Positions 1 to 20,839 of a stretch of 64,000 nt of DNA are shown here, piece after piece. Both the position numbers and the translations under genes were made by a program. How positions within the stretch are numbered: position 1 is the stretch's first letter; the number at the start of each line of letters is the position of its first letter. The notes under the pieces are model-generated. The model was not told the DNA's origin, did not search any database, and saw nothing but the letters and a program-made list of their open reading frames with translations. Location of the stretch: NCBI GenBank assembly GCA_051294375.1, contig CM119263.1:4048161-4112160 (forward strand). Reading direction: 5' to 3'. The DNA is from Paraspadella gotoi (Eukaryota; Animalia; Chaetognatha).

Positions 1-84
1 AGAGGAGGAAAAAAAAGGAGAAGAGGAAAAGGAAGAAGAAGAGGAGGAAGAAGCGAATAAGAAATGCAGATTCCTGTTCGAGTT

Positions 85-121
<37 letters not shown>

Positions 122-1564
122 TGGAACCGAAATCGAGGATTTTTTTTTCTTATTTTGGTTCCATCGTTTGGAAAATAATCTCAAGGAGGGAAAATAATGA
201 TTCTCCTCGACGGAACGAAATGCACTTTGAACTTACCCACAATCACGATCATAATCGGAATCCGTTGTCATTACATTAGATCTATAAATGAGTCACTGAT
301 TCACTTGCGAGTTGAAGAAGTGTTGAGGCGAACAACAATAGTGTTTTGTTGATGTTGTATTGTTGCTTTTATTGTTGGCTAGTGCTGTCTTCATTTCGTT
401 GTTAATTTAGTTGTATTTTATTATTGGATTTTCTTCGGTTCTTTATTGTTGTTGTTTTTGCTATCGTTATTGTTATTGTCAGTGTTAGGGAATGAAGATT
501 TTTCTGGAAATAGGGCCCAATCTCCGAAAATTGGCCTACGGCAGTTGTTCCTGTTTACAAAAACAATTTTAAATAACCCTAAATACAACATTGGCCAAAA
601 AAATCCCAATAATTATAACCATTTAATGTCATAACAAAAAAATTGAAGTTAAGAAACAAGAAAGGATCATCAAGGCGAAAACGGAGAGAACCCTATTGGT
701 GGCATTGCAGATTGCTGAGGTCGTACTAACCCTCCTTTCGAGGGAGACGGGGTCTCCGGTGATCCCGAGGAGAACCCAAGTTTTGGGCCTCGGATTAGTA
801 AGGAAAGGAAATCCGGAAAGAAGGAGAAAGATATCGGATCCCGATGATGACCCGCATTGTGGGTTCAGTTGTGGGCAAAGTGGTAAGTAGATTTGTGGAT
901 GTGTGTGGACGTTAGTTTTTTTTTTTAATTTAAGAGGATCAGTTAGCAATGGATTGTACACATTTGAGGATTTGGCATCAGTGACATCGGCTCTTTATTG
1001 GATGAGTTGGAAGGAACTTGAGCTGGAGTGAAAAGGGAAAGGGAAAGCGGCTGTGGTTGTCGATGTGGTTGGTGGAGTGGTTAGGACCGTGGAGACGTGG
1101 GGGAGCTGTGGTTGTCACTGTGGTTTTTTGAGTGGTGAGGACCATGGCGCCATGGGCTAAAAAAAAGGAAAAGGAATTCGCGACAAAAGGAGCGAAACTG
1201 GATAACAAATGACGCGGACGACGGCGAAGTTGCCAAATGGCAGCCTGGGGTGAGATAATCGACACCGCTTTACCGGAAGAGGAAAGGGAGGAAAGAAAAG
1301 GGAGGAAATAAAATGGAGGAAAAGAGAGGAAAAGAGAGGAAAGGAGAGAAAGGAAGAATGATGGAAAAAGAAAGGAGAGAAGAGATAAGAAGAAAAGAAA
1401 GGTATAGAAAGAGAGAAAGAAAGAAAAGAAAAGAGGAAATGAGAAAAAAAAGGAGCAAAATAAAGAATAAATAGAAAGAAAATCTGAAAAGAAGAAAAAA
1501 AGAGGAAGAAAAAGATTTAGCCTTTAAAAGCTTCGTGAGGATAATAGGAAATCCAATTCCTGTA

Positions 1565-1668
<104 letters not shown>

Positions 1669-2334
1669 CCCCACATAATCTAGAATGGGCTCGAGATTAA
1701 CCGTCTTCCCATTTGTCTCTATTAGTCAATCGGGACAGTCGAGACTAAAGAGGATAAATCTCTGAAAAACAGCGACGTCGTTGGCGAAGACTCAAAAACT
1801 CCGTCGGCGCTCGAGATGAAAAAAAAAAGATCAATGCTGGTGACTTTCGAATTACAAAACAAAAGGTTTAAATGTTTAAATAAATTTAGTTTACTTACAT
1901 ACATAAAATATTAGCGTTGATGTATCCATTGCTTTTAACTTTTTTTTAATAAAAAAAAAAATGAAATTATCATTGAAATTATATTTTTTAATTTTTCTTT
2001 TCATCGAGTTTTTCATCGATTAAATTAAATTAAATTAAATTAAATTAAATTAAATTAAATTACTAAATTAAATCAAAAGATGGTTCTTCTTATTTATTTA
2101 TTTCTCTCTTTTTTACTTTGTTTCTTATTTCTTAGTATTCTTTTTCTATCTTTTTATTTTCTTTCTGTCTTTCCTTCTTCATTCGTTGCCTTTCTTTCTT
2201 TCTCTCCAATTCCCCGCCTTCTTCTCTTCATACTCCCAAAGCTCGACCCCCTTTGTCGAGACTCCGAACTTGAAAAACTTATCCCGCCATTTTCATTTTT
2301 TATTGAAATTCAAAGTCATGGAGTGGAGAGAGGA

Positions 2335-2421
<87 letters not shown>

Positions 2422-3262
2422 CTGGAACTTCAGAGGAGAAAATACTCCCTTTCCTACTCGAAAGAGAAAACTGGATTATGGCCTCGGAATTTTGGTTTTG
2501 GAAAGGCAGAGGAGAGAGAGAGAAGAGAGGGAAAGGAAGGAGGAAGGAGAATAATGAGGGGAAAATGGAGGAGAGGGAGGAGAGAGAAGAGAGGGAAAGG
2601 AAGGAGGAAGGAGAAAAAGGGGAAAGGAGAGGAGAGAAAAGAGAATGAAAGGAAGGAGGAAGGAGAAAAGAGGGGAAAAGGGAAGAGAGGGGAGGAGAGA
2701 GAGAGAGGGAAAGAGAAGGAGAAAAGAGGGGAAAGGGGAAGAGAGGGGAAGGGAGAGAGAAGAGAGGGAAAGGAAGGAGGAAAGGAGAAAAGGGGGAAAG
2801 GGGAAAGGGGAAGTGAGGGAGGAGAGCGGAGAGAGAGAGAAGAGGAGAAGGGAGAAAGTAGAGGAACAGGAGAAAAAGGAAAGAGAAGGGGAGAGAGAGA
2901 AGAGAGAAAGGGGAGAGGAGAGAAAAAAGAATAAGGAGAGGGGGCAGGGGGGTAGGGACTAGGAAGGCAACGCGGAATTAACCACATTTAATGACCGAAT
3001 AAACAATATAATTTAACAAAACTTCTCGAAAACCGTTCCTCTTCTTTCTTTTATATAGTCCCTTTTTTTTTCACAAAATTTAATGCGAGGGCAATTCTCG
3101 GGATTATAGCCGCATAAATTCTTTCCAACCGACAATTCCTCCTTATTTGTTTCGTAACTCGGGTCGATGCACAACGCGTTGGATGCCAAAAGATTGGCTG
3201 TTTCGTGGCCAAATTATTTTACATGTAAAAGCGAATTGGGGAAATTGATTTTTTGGTATATT

Positions 3263-3354
3263 TATATATATATATATATATCTATATATATCTATATATA
3301 TCTATAATATCTATATATATAGATATAGGATTATATATAGGATATATATAGGTT

Positions 3355-3430
<76 letters not shown>

Positions 3431-3440
3431 GTAATCTATC
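3263..3440. repeat. (TA)n/(TATC)n compound microsatellite (duplicate at ~12136-12330)
   Basis: Direct reading. Confidence 0.95.
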
Positions 3441-4216
3441 AACTTAATTTAAATCATAGAATTATCTAAGCAAGTTATTTTTTTTCTTCATATCGAAAAA
3501 ATTATAATGCAAAGCCGCTTCCTTCATAAAAACACCCAAGAGATTTTAGTTTCTTATTTCTCTCTCTCTCTGATTGTTGTTTTTTAATTTTGTTGTTGTT
3601 GTCTGTCTTCTGAAGATGGCGCTCTGACGCTTTTTGAAGCCAAGAAACGTTTGGCTAATTTTTTTTTTCCCCCGACCGACGGCGGCAGCGAACAGCAGCG
3701 ACGGCAAGCGGTCAGCAGCAGCGGAAGCCGCAGCGTCGTTCAAGAAGCTGACTTAATCACTTTAATGCTTTCTTCTTAGACTCTTGTTTTTAAAGGGAGA
3801 CGACGACGACGACGAGGACGACCGAGATGACGACGAAGACGACGAAAACCATGACCGACAATCTTGACGACGACCGAGATGACGACGACTACCATAAGGA
3901 CGACGATGACAACGAATATCAGTACGATGACTAACAACGACTACCAATGAAACAACGACGACGACGACGATGAACGACGACGACGAACGACGACGCACGA
4001 TCATAGACGAAGAAGACGTTTGCAGCGACTATGAGAAAAACGAAGTCCATGTCATTGACGTTAAAGACAATATATATATAACTACGGTTCTACTGTTTTG
4101 TTTATTTCTTAAACGAGGTTCTTGATTCGAGATCGTGAAAGTTCAGAGATTCACGATTCGAGATTAAAGATTTACGATTCAAGGTTTCGAGATTTCGTTA
4201 AAGACTGAAGTCACGA

Positions 4217-4336
4217 CTTTATGCAGCATTATTCCGTCTACCGCAGACAACATTCGTCTACTGCTGCACCATTCGTATATTGCAGCATTATTCGTCTTCT
4301 GCAGCACCTTTTGTATATCGTTAGTCTTCTGCAGCA
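4217..4336. repeat. Short degenerate ~19-21 bp tandem repeat (tgcagcattattcgtcttc-like), about 6 copies; duplicate at ~13097-13210
   Basis: Recurrent gcagcattattcgtct / gcaccattcgtatat units. Confidence 0.7.
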
Positions 4337-6526
4337 AACCCAGTTTATTCTTTGTAGCATCAAAGGTATTACGGACGAATTCCGAAACCCATAGACAGAG
4401 ACCGACAAATAAACCGAAGTAAAGAGATTGAGAACTTTAACTCAGACCGGAAGCCAAGAGAATTGAGATCGGAACCCAGAGACCAGAACAGAAAGACGGA
4501 AATTTGAGAAAGAGACTGCTGCAACAAACAGGGACTGGGGTTCATTTCATCGGCACCCTTCGTAGGACGCCGGGACCCTCCATCGGCAACACGGTCCCAT
4601 TCTCCGGCTTTCTTCACAAAACGCGGAACTGTACGCGAGAAACCCGGTCCCGAGATCCGGCAGCCTTGCCCTTACGCCGGAACCGAATGGCGGAAATCGA
4701 AAGATAACCGACGGGGGAATCGAGCCCAGAGGGTGATTACCGTCGTGGCTTGAATGCGAAAATGCCGGGCCGGGGTTGAAGAGGCTGGGTTGGGGCTGGA
4801 GCTGGGGGCTGGGGCTGGGACTGGGGCTGGGCTGAGTCGGGGGGACGGAAGTTTTTTGAAAGAAGAAAGAAAAGGAAGAGAGGAAGAGAAAAAATAGAAG
4901 AATGGGACAGAAGAACAAGGGAAAAGAAAAATGAAAAAAGAATAGAACAGAAGAATGAAGAAATATAGAAAGAAAGAAAAGAGAAGGGAAGAACAAAAAA
5001 ATAGGGAACGAAAGAAAAGATAGAAGATGAGATTAAAAGGATGAGTAAAAGATGATAAACCCATTTAAACCTTCACGATGGGTATAACTAATAATAAATA
5101 AATGTTGAGAAATGGAAAGGGGTGAATCTATGTACAAATGTTGTTCATTGTAACATATAAAACTCTGTCTTTTTTCATTGTTGGAACTTCGACGAAATAT
5201 CATCTGCCTTCGAATTGACAACGTTATGGGAAAAATGGAACGAGTCCAACGTAACGTGGAACGACGACAAAAGAGGACGACCGTGACAACGACGAAAGAC
5301 GACGAGGCCGCCACAGCCGATATACCGCCTTCCATCGACCAAAGACACCAGGCGGCTTCCAACGCCGCTAACGTTGAGGCCAACAAATTCCAGGCACGTC
5401 ATGTTTTTCTGCTTCGCACGTCAAACGCACGGAAGAATGATCACCTAATCAAAAAAAGTCCGCGCCATTGCCTCTTCCTCTTCTCAGGTCTCTTCTCCTC
5501 CTCTCTTCTCCTCTCCTCTTTCTCTACTCTCTCTCTTCTTCTGTGCTCGCCTCTTTCTTCGCCCGCTCATCTGCCCCATCTGAATGCTTCTCTCCGGTCT
5601 CTCATCTCGTCTCGTCTCTTTATAAAGAAGAATTCTCTGCTCGCGTTGGAAGTTTCCTCATATTATTTCAGTTTTGGGTGAAAGAAGAGAGCGGACTGGT
5701 TCTTAAATAAAGTGGATGCAGAAGGGAGCGGGGCGTAGTGGAGTGGAGCAAGATAATTTAGCTGCACCCAACAAATCTTACATAAGTAGAGTCTACGAAA
5801 TCTTCATTTTGTTTTGCGCTATCTAATGCTGTATAGGATTACAACTAAAATAAAATAATTAGACAAAGACAATACTAGGTACGTACCAGCATGAAAACCT
5901 CATCACCGACTACTACAGAGGCGTATCAATCTTTCTGAAATCAACTGCGGTTCTTCGCCATATTGCATCACCAACTAAATATTATGATATTCATTGTGCC
6001 ATCCGTAACATCAACGAGATTTAGTGCTATTATCGCCATCCAATGGCACAATCCAAATCGGAATCAGTCGGCGATCGGGTATCCACTAAATTTTGCATAA
6101 CAAAGAAGTTTCTGCTAATTTTTGGTTATCGAAGTTGATTCTGCAGGCTGCGCGTCGCATTTCTTCGTGACGGAAAAAAAAAGTTGGCGGAAGTATAAAA
6201 AATACCGGACGAGTTACGTCAGCGGAGGAGAAGCGTCGCTTGTGAATTAGTAGGAGATAGGCAATCAAGAAATCGAGCTGAGGAACTGGACCAGAACAAA
6301 ATAATACGATTTTAGTCAATTTAATTTATTGCTAATTTGATGAAAATTACGGTAAATGCTGGGTAGATGGTGTACTGGTACTACTGTGGTATTTGTGGAA
6401 AATCTGTAGAGGATAAGTGTTGAAGAGCGAGGAGCACCTGATCAACTTTTGATGGTAAGTTTCATCTACCCAGTCATTTACCGAATTTATCAATTAGAAG
6501 ANNNNNNNNNNNNNNNNNNNNNNNNN

Positions 6527-6925
6527 GAGAGAGAGACTGGAACTTCAGAGAGAAAAATACTCCCTTTCCTACTCGAAGAGAAAACTGGATTATGGCCTCG
6601 GAATTTTGGTTTTGGAAGGCAGAGGGAGAGAGAGAGAAGAGAGGGAAAGGAAGGAGGAAGGAGAAAAGAGGGGAAAGGGGAAAGGGAAAGTGAGGGAGGA
6701 GAGCGGAGAGAGAGAGAAGAGGGAGAAAGGGAGAAAGTAGAGGAACAGGAGAAAAGGAAAGAGAGGGGAGAGAGAGAAGAGAGGAAAGGGGAGAGGAGAG
6801 AAAAAAGATAAGGAGAGGGGGCAGGGGGGTAGGGACAGGAAGGCAACGCGGAATTAACCACATTTAATGACCGAATAAACAATAGAATTTAACAAAACTT
6901 CTCACAAACCGTTTCCTCTCTTTCT
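6527..6925. repeat. Third, shorter copy of the GA-rich module at ~2410-3050 and ~11270-11900
   Basis: Shared anchors gactggaacttcagag...ctggattatggcctcggaattttgg and aggcaacgcggaattaaccacatttaatgaccgaataaac. The sequence downstream differs. Confidence 0.9.
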
Positions 6926-7509
6926 TTTAATGTCCAAAGGATAAAATTCTTATTTGCATTCAAATACTTCCAAAAGGTTGTCTCAAACTGTTTTCACCTT
7001 TTTTTTTGATCAAATAGGTTTTGTTAATATTATATCTCTGACAAAATATTTTTTTATCAGATTTAGGGCAAAAAATGGTTCTTGGAAAGCAGTGAAAAAG
7101 ATGATCCCTCATAAAGTAACCAGGCTTGAGTTGTTGTTGCATAATATGATGATGTGCATTGTCGTCGTCATTTCACACAAATCTTGATTTTTTTTATGAC
7201 TTATTTGATATTTGGTTCTGATAATAACATCCAGAGGAGAATAAAAATTATAACTTTGCTCATAGAAAGGTTACCCGGAGCATTATACTTTTATTGATAC
7301 TTTAAAATTTAAAAAAAAATATTCTGGAGCATCTACAGCATTAAATGTATTTTTAATGCGCTATTTTTTTGACATATTGAATTAAGATTCATCCGTGAAT
7401 CTATCTTAATGGAGATGATGGCAATAACGATTTAACATGGAGACGCTGAAGAAAAGGCAGTGATGTTTTAATAGTAGAAGAGACATTAAATTATTGATAA
7501 GTGTTAATG

Positions 7510-7690
7510 ACAGAACCGTTCAATATAAGCAGTCCCTGAGCTTTGATCAGGGCTGTAACCCATGTTACAGGCGGTTAAGCGCCCGTCCTCTTAACTGCCA
7601 GACGACCACCGGGCTAGAACCCCGGACCTTTGGGTTGGGAGGCGAATGACTTGCCTCCGGCACCAATGGCCGCTTGATGAACGGGGTTGT
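7510..7690 (-). mobile_element. tRNA-derived SINE-like element; tRNA-like head at 7602-7673
   Basis: Minus strand reads GCGGCCA-TTGGTGCCGGAGG (A-box-like)...CGCCTCCCAA...CCGGG-GTTCTAG-CCCGG-TGGTCGT. This gives a 7-bp acceptor stem, a T-arm with a B-box-like motif and a Gly(CCC)-like anticodon loop on a broken stem, followed by a non-tRNA body of three hairpins. Confidence 0.7.
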
Positions 7691-7995
7691 GGATTTTTAG
7701 TCCTCCGATGGAAGCATCTATAAGACACAAAGTAAAAAGTTACTTTCTGCGCGCCTAGATTTATAATTAGACATCATTCTTGTTTAGAAGTCATTTTTAG
7801 AAAATTTCAAAATATCATAAAAGTCTGAACAGAAAGCGGTGGAGAGGTGAATTAGTTAGGGGATTAAGGTTATTTATGATTCGTTATTATTATGGGTTAC
7901 TATAATATAACGATTTATATTGTAAATAAATTGGTCTAGTCTGATTACCTAAAAAAAAAAAAAAGATGACGTAAAGTTTGCTTGGAGTGCGGAAG

Positions 7996-8108
7996 AAGCA
8001 AGCACGGAGGGTGAGTGACTAGCAAGCAATGCATACAAAAGGTAAAGCAAGCATGGAGGGTGAGTGACAAACTAGCAATGCAGACGAAAGGTAAAGCAAG
8101 CACGGAGG
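7996..8108. repeat. 49-bp tandem repeat, ~2.3 copies
   Basis: aagcaagcaYggagg starts at 7996, 8045 and 8094. Confidence 0.85.
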
Positions 8109-8610
8109 TCGCCGAGGAAAGGAAACGCTCCTAGGGGGGGGGGCTAAATGGGGGCAGGGGAGGTTGAAAATTCTTTTGGCAGAAAAGTAGAAAATAATCG
8201 ACGATTTCTAGGGGAAGAACGAAGGTGATAAGAAGAAAGAGGAGGAAGAAAAGAGGAGGGAAAGAAGAGATAAGAGATAAGAAGGAAAGACGAAACTGAA
8301 GAAGAATGAGGAAAGATGATAAAAAGGTGATTCAGAATAGAACGATGGAGTAGGTTATAAGAAGAGGAGGAAAAAGAGGTGATCAGAAGTTGATTAGGAG
8401 GAGGACAATGTGGTGATTAAAAGGTGATTAGAAAGAGGAGGAGGTGATAAAGAAGTGATTAAGAGAGAAGAAGAGGAGGGGAAGACGTGAGAAGAAGGTG
8501 ATCAAGAAGAGGAGGTGGAGGAGGAGGTGATAAGGTAGGTTGAGTTAGGAGAGGAAGTGAGAGAAGAAGAAAGAGGAAGGAGAAGAGAAGGAGAGGAAGA
8601 GGAAAAGAAA

Positions 8611-15304
<6,694 letters not shown>

Positions 15305-15987
15305 TAAATTAAATCGGACTAAAAATCGTATTTTATTTTGTATTCAGGATCTATTGTTACTGTTATTTTCTTTAATTTGTTTTCTTTGTCATCTTTTTGT
15401 CTGTTTATCTGTTTATCTGTTTACCTTATCAATTTTCAGAATTGAAAAGAGCTTCTTTTTGATAAAGCGAGTCGCGGTAGAAATGGATCAAAGGAGATCG
15501 TATTGAAGCATTTTATATTGTGATAGTGAGAGTGATAAAATAGTGATAGTAAAAGATAATGATGCTGATAGCGACAGATAGTGATAGTGATAAAAGCATT
15601 GGCATTCAGATATGGTCAAGGAAAGAAAAATAACGAGCGGAAAATTGGATCCGCGGGAAAAAAGAAAAGTGGGAAGCCCCGTTTGGTTGTCAGTGAGGAC
15701 GTTTATGGAAGACATATTAAATGGGATGGAGGACGAATATTGGACAGGTAATAAAGAGAGAGAGAAGAGAGAGAAGAAGAGGAGACGACAAGGAAGAGAA
15801 GAAAAACAGGAAAAGAAAAAGAGGAGGAAAAAAGACCAAGAAAAAAAAAAAGAAAAAGAAAAGAAGAAAAGCAAAAAGAAAAGAGAAACAGAAACAGAGA
15901 GAGCAAACAACAAGAGGCAAAGGAAGCAGATCAAAGAAAAGGAAAAGAATAAGAAGAAAGAGAAAAGCGAAGAAAATAAGAAAAAGA

Positions 15988-16036
<49 letters not shown>

Positions 16037-16059
16037 AATGGAAAGAAACGCGTTTCTCT

Positions 16060-16615
16060 CTTGGTCGTTGACGTCGTCGTCTTGGTCGTCTTTATCATCG
16101 TCTTCATCGCGTCTCATCGTCGTCGTCGTCATCGTCGTCGTCTTCGTCGTCGTCTTCGTTCGTCGTCGTTCGCTCGTCATACGTCGTCTTCATCGTCGTC
16201 TTCATCGTCGTCTACATCGTCGTCTTTATCGACGTCGTCATCGTCGTCTTCATCGTTGTCTTCAATCGTCGTCGTCTCATCGTCATCTTCGTTGCATTTT
16301 CGTTATGATCGACGTCGCCATCGTAGCCTTCCTCGTCTTCACTGTTGTCGTCGTGGTCATCGTCATCATCACCATCATCGCTTTCATTGTCGTCTTCATC
16401 GTCATCTTCATCGTCGTCTTCATCTCCTTCATCGTCGTTGTCATCTTCATCGTCGTCTTCATCGTCGTCGTCGTCATCGTCGTCTTCATTGTTGTCTTCA
16501 TTGTCATCTTCATCGTCGTCTTCATCGTCGTCTTCGTCGCCTTCATTGTCGTCATCGTCGTCCTCATCGTCGTCTTCATCGTCGTCGTCGTCGTCGTCAT
16601 GATCGTCGTCGCCAC
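16060..16615. repeat. Compound trinucleotide (TCG/TCA/TCT) microsatellite
   Basis: Direct reading. It produces the spurious V/I-, S- and R/H-rich ORFs in the track. Confidence 0.95.
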
Positions 16616-17072
16616 CGACCTCATTTATTTGACCTTTGACACGAAGTTTTGCTGAGCGAAGACTCTCTCCTCCTCGCGGAAGGCGATGGAGATCGGGAGG
16701 GAGATTTGAACTGGAGAAGGAAAGTGATGGAGTTGATGGATTTGATTAGTTGATGGAGTTGAAGGAATTAAAGGTGTAAATGGAGATTACAGAGCTGGTG
16801 GAGTTAATGTATTTGATAGTGTGAATTTTCTTGAAGAAGATGATGCAGTTAATGGAAACGATGTAGTAGTTGATAGCGTTTATGGATTTTAAATGAATTT
16901 GATGGATTAATCGAGATAAGAAACGCTGGAGCGTGACAAATAAAACAAAAAATTAATGGCGAAAATTAAGAAATGAAGTAACGTTGTAATGATGGATTTA
17001 AAACGAAATGAAGATGGAGTTAGAGGATTCATGGAAATTTGATCATTCGCTATGTCTCTGTCGATCTATCAG

Positions 17073-17216
<144 letters not shown>

Positions 17217-17311
17217 GGCGATAAAGGTTGCAGAGATTCTCGTCGCCGAAGAAACGCGAAGCCATGAATTTTCTCTCCGGGCGAACAACAACAGCAACTA
17301 CGACGACGACA

Positions 17312-17346
<35 letters not shown>

Positions 17347-18546
17347 CCATAAAATCGTAGCAAAGATCGAAAAGTCGAAGAAGGAAAAGCGAGAAACGAC
17401 TAAGCAGTAAAAGTCACGCGAGCGGACAATAGATAGAGAAAGAAGAGGGGCGAGTGAGAGGGAGCGAGGGAGAGAGGGAAGGGAGGAAAGAAGGGAGGGA
17501 GAAGGGTTTAGGAGAAAAGGGGAAGAAGGGACAGGGAGAACAAGTGGAGAGTTAAAAGATTTAGTCAAGAAAGAAGCAACGAAGCGAAAGGCTAAGAAAG
17601 ACATATAACGTAGAACATCTGCATCTGACGAACCATTTATGAATATTTGTTTATTTTACAAATTAATTCATTGGATTCTTGAGTTAAAGACGATGGTACA
17701 AGCAGATTTTTATCAAACACAGAAAGACGGTCAAATGTTAAAACCAAAGGACACGGTAACAGAGATGATCACAAAATAATGAGATCTTAGATAAGCCACA
17801 GTAAAGATTTAGGGGAATAAACTGACCATGATGAAAAACGGGCAAAGGTTAAGCACAGTCGGTCAGAAGCGGGTAAAGGGCAAACTAAGTGCCGGGCAAA
17901 GGCCAGACGAAGAAGACGACGACGACGACGACAAGGCGGCAAAGATTGAGCAACAAATCGAAAGAAAGACAAACGTTTGAGTCTTGAATCTCACAACGAG
18001 AAGTCGATGACCGACGGAGGAGGAAGAGGAGATGAGGGAGAGGAGGAAGAGGTAAGGGAGAAGGGGTGAGAGGAGGAAGATGAAAGGAGGGAGAGGAGGA
18101 AGAGGAAAGGGAGAAGGAGGGAGAGGAGAAAGAAAAAAGGGGGAGGAGGAGAGGAGGAAGAGGAAATGGAGGAGGGGGAGAGGAGGAAGAGGAAATGGAG
18201 GAGGAGGGAAAGGAGGAAGAGGAAAGGAGGAAGGAGAAGGAAAAGGAAGAAGAAAAGAAAAGGGTTAAGAAGACAGAATGGAGAATCGACCCCAAAGAAA
18301 AAGAGAAAAAAAGAAAAGAGAGAGAGATAAATTTTAACAGAGGTTTAACATAGGGCGTTGCTTAGAGACGCATAAAAAAAAAAGGAAAATAAAACAACTT
18401 GCCTTTACAGCTTTTTATCGTTTCTATTGATTACGAGGCCGCATTAGGAGACAATTGCTCCATCTTGCTACGATTAGAGAATAAAAAACAAAAGATTTTT
18501 AGGAGAAACTCATTTTATGCTTTTGATCTAGTTTTGAATCTCTTTA

Positions 18547-18592
<46 letters not shown>

Positions 18593-18713
18593 TCTCTTTT
18601 CTCTCTGTCTCTCTCTCTCTCTTCGCTATCCCTTTCTCTCTTTTAAGTGACCATCTTATTGTTTGTCCTAACTCCACCTTTTTTTTTCCTCCGGAGATTT
18701 GACCTTTCAGTTT

Positions 18714-19129
18714 GGTCTTTTTCAAAATTTTCTCTCTAATCTTCTTTCTTTTTTTAATCTTTCCTTTCTTTATAATATTATTTCTTTTTCTATGCTTATC
18801 TTAGCTTTCTCTTTCTTTTTTTTTCTCTCTTTTAATAAATGTGGATCTCTCAGCGGGATTTTCGAGACGCTTACCCTTTTCCTCTGGAGACCAACTTGAA
18901 TAAACTGAATTTCTTCGATCGAAATATAGAACTCTCTCTCTCCTCTCTCCCTCTCTCGTCTCTCATCTCTCTTCTCCTCTCTCTCATCTCTCTCTCATCT
19001 CTCTTCTCTCTCTCTCCTCTCTCTCTCTCCTCTAAAGTCCCAAGGAAAATTTAGAGGCGCAAATGGAATCGATTTTTGACGCTGAAGCCAAGGCGGTTCA
19101 GGAATGTTGTGCATCGTTGTTGGCGTTTA

Positions 19130-19163
<34 letters not shown>

Positions 19164-19390
19164 TGAGGAGGAGAGAGAGAGAGAAGAGATAAAGAACTCT
19201 GATTTATTCAATTGTGATGCCAATTCCTAAAATCAAAGAACGCAGGAACAAATATGGGCGGAGTCTTCTTAAATTTATGTGCAACAGAGAGCAGCTGGAA
19301 TTATTTTAAGAAGAACTTGATATCTAGAACGGGATTGATAAAGAAAAGAGAGAGAGGAAAAATAAAAGAGGAAAGATGACTGATGAGAGC

Positions 19391-19430
<40 letters not shown>

Positions 19431-20239
19431 GAGAGAAGAAAGAAAGAAGAAATCCCTTTTGGGGAAGTGCCCCCAGGTTGCGAGAACTAGTCCTAGTGCT
19501 CCCCAGAAACTCATCATCCCTATATTCCCTGTCGGCTCGGTCGGGTCGGTCACTCGAGTGATTTTTGCGACTTCGTTTGATGATTTTTTTCGGGCCCGGC
19601 CCGCTTCCTGCGGCGCGCTGCGGCGGCAGGCTACGGTTTCCCCGGGAGACGGTTCACGTAGGACGGAAGCGGTGCCGGCTTGCCTTGATGGATTAGGGAA
19701 TTTTTGGACGAGAGTGAAAGAGAGAGAGAGGAGAGTAGAGAGAGGAGAGAGAGATGAGAATGAGAGGGGAAAGGAGAAGGGGGAGAGAGAGGAAGAGNNN
19801 NNNNNNNNNNNNNNNNNNNNNNGGTCTTTTTCAAATTTCTCTCTATCTTTCTTTCTTTTTTTCTATCTTTCTTTCTTTCTAATATTATTTCTTTTTTCTA
19901 TCTTATCTTAAGCTTTCTCTTTCTTTTTTTTTCTCTCTTTTAATCAAAATGTGATCTCTCAGCGGAGATTTTCGAGACGCTTACCCTTTTCCTCTGGAGA
20001 CCAACTTGAATAAACTGAATCTTCGATCGAAATATAGACTACTCTCTCTCTCCTCTCTCCCTCTCTCGTCTCTCATCTCTCTTCTCCTCTCTCTCATCTC
20101 TCTCTCATCTCTCTTCTCTCTCTCTCCTCTCTCTCTCTCCTCTAAAGTCCCAAGGAAAATTTAGAGGCGCAAATGGAATCGATTTTTGACGCTGAAGCCA
20201 AGGCGGTTCAGGAATGTTGTGCATCGTTGTTGGCGTTTA

Positions 20240-20288
<49 letters not shown>

Positions 20289-20789
20289 AGAGAGGGTAAA
20301 GAACTCTGATTTATTATCAATTGGATGCCAATTCCTAAAATCAAAAGAAGCAAGCAGAACCAAATATGGGCGGAGGTCTTCCTTAAATTCACTGGCAACA
20401 GGAGCAGCTGGAATTATTTTAAGAAGAACTTGAATATCTAGAACGGGATTGATAAGAAAAGAGAGAGAGAAAAATAAAAGAGGGATAGAGATAGAGAGAG
20501 GTCAGAGATGAGATGAGAGAGATTGAGAGAGAGAGAGAAGATGAGAAGAAAAGGAGAAGAAGGGAAGAATCCCTTTGGAGAAGTGCCCCCAGGTTGCGAG
20601 AGACTAGTCCTAGTGCTCCCCAGAAACTCATCATCCCTATATTTCCCTGTCGGTCGGTCGGTCGGTCACTCGAGTGATTTTTGCGACTTCGTTTGATGAT
20701 TTTTTTTCCGCGGCCGCGCGGAGCCGGTTTCAACGTAGAACGGAAGCGGTGCCGGCTTGCTGTATGGATTAGGGAATTTGGACGAGAGT

Positions 20790-20831
<42 letters not shown>

Positions 20832-20839
20832 AGAGAGAG
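18714..20839. repeat. ~1.1 kb tandem duplication across a 25-N gap (18714-19797 vs 19823-20839)
   Basis: Identical anchors, e.g. ggcgcaaatggaatcgatttttgacgctgaagccaagg at ~19056 and ~20166. Confidence 0.92.

Noticed and set aside
629-961. 110-aa minus-strand ORF and overlapping plus-strand ORF
   Set aside because: The frames are not preserved in the duplicate at ~9280-9560 and no domain is recognisable.
2080-2987. Long E/R/K/G-rich and F/S/L/P-rich ORFs (also 11191-11856, 15488-16655, 30391-30934, 41253-42033, 60789-61919, 62958-63443)
   Set aside because: They are translations of purine/pyrimidine microsatellites that lack stop codons by composition.
7602-7673. Functional tRNA-Gly(CCC) gene
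   Set aside because: The anticodon stem and D-arm do not pair properly, there is no oligo-T terminator directly downstream, and the sequence continues into a SINE-like body.
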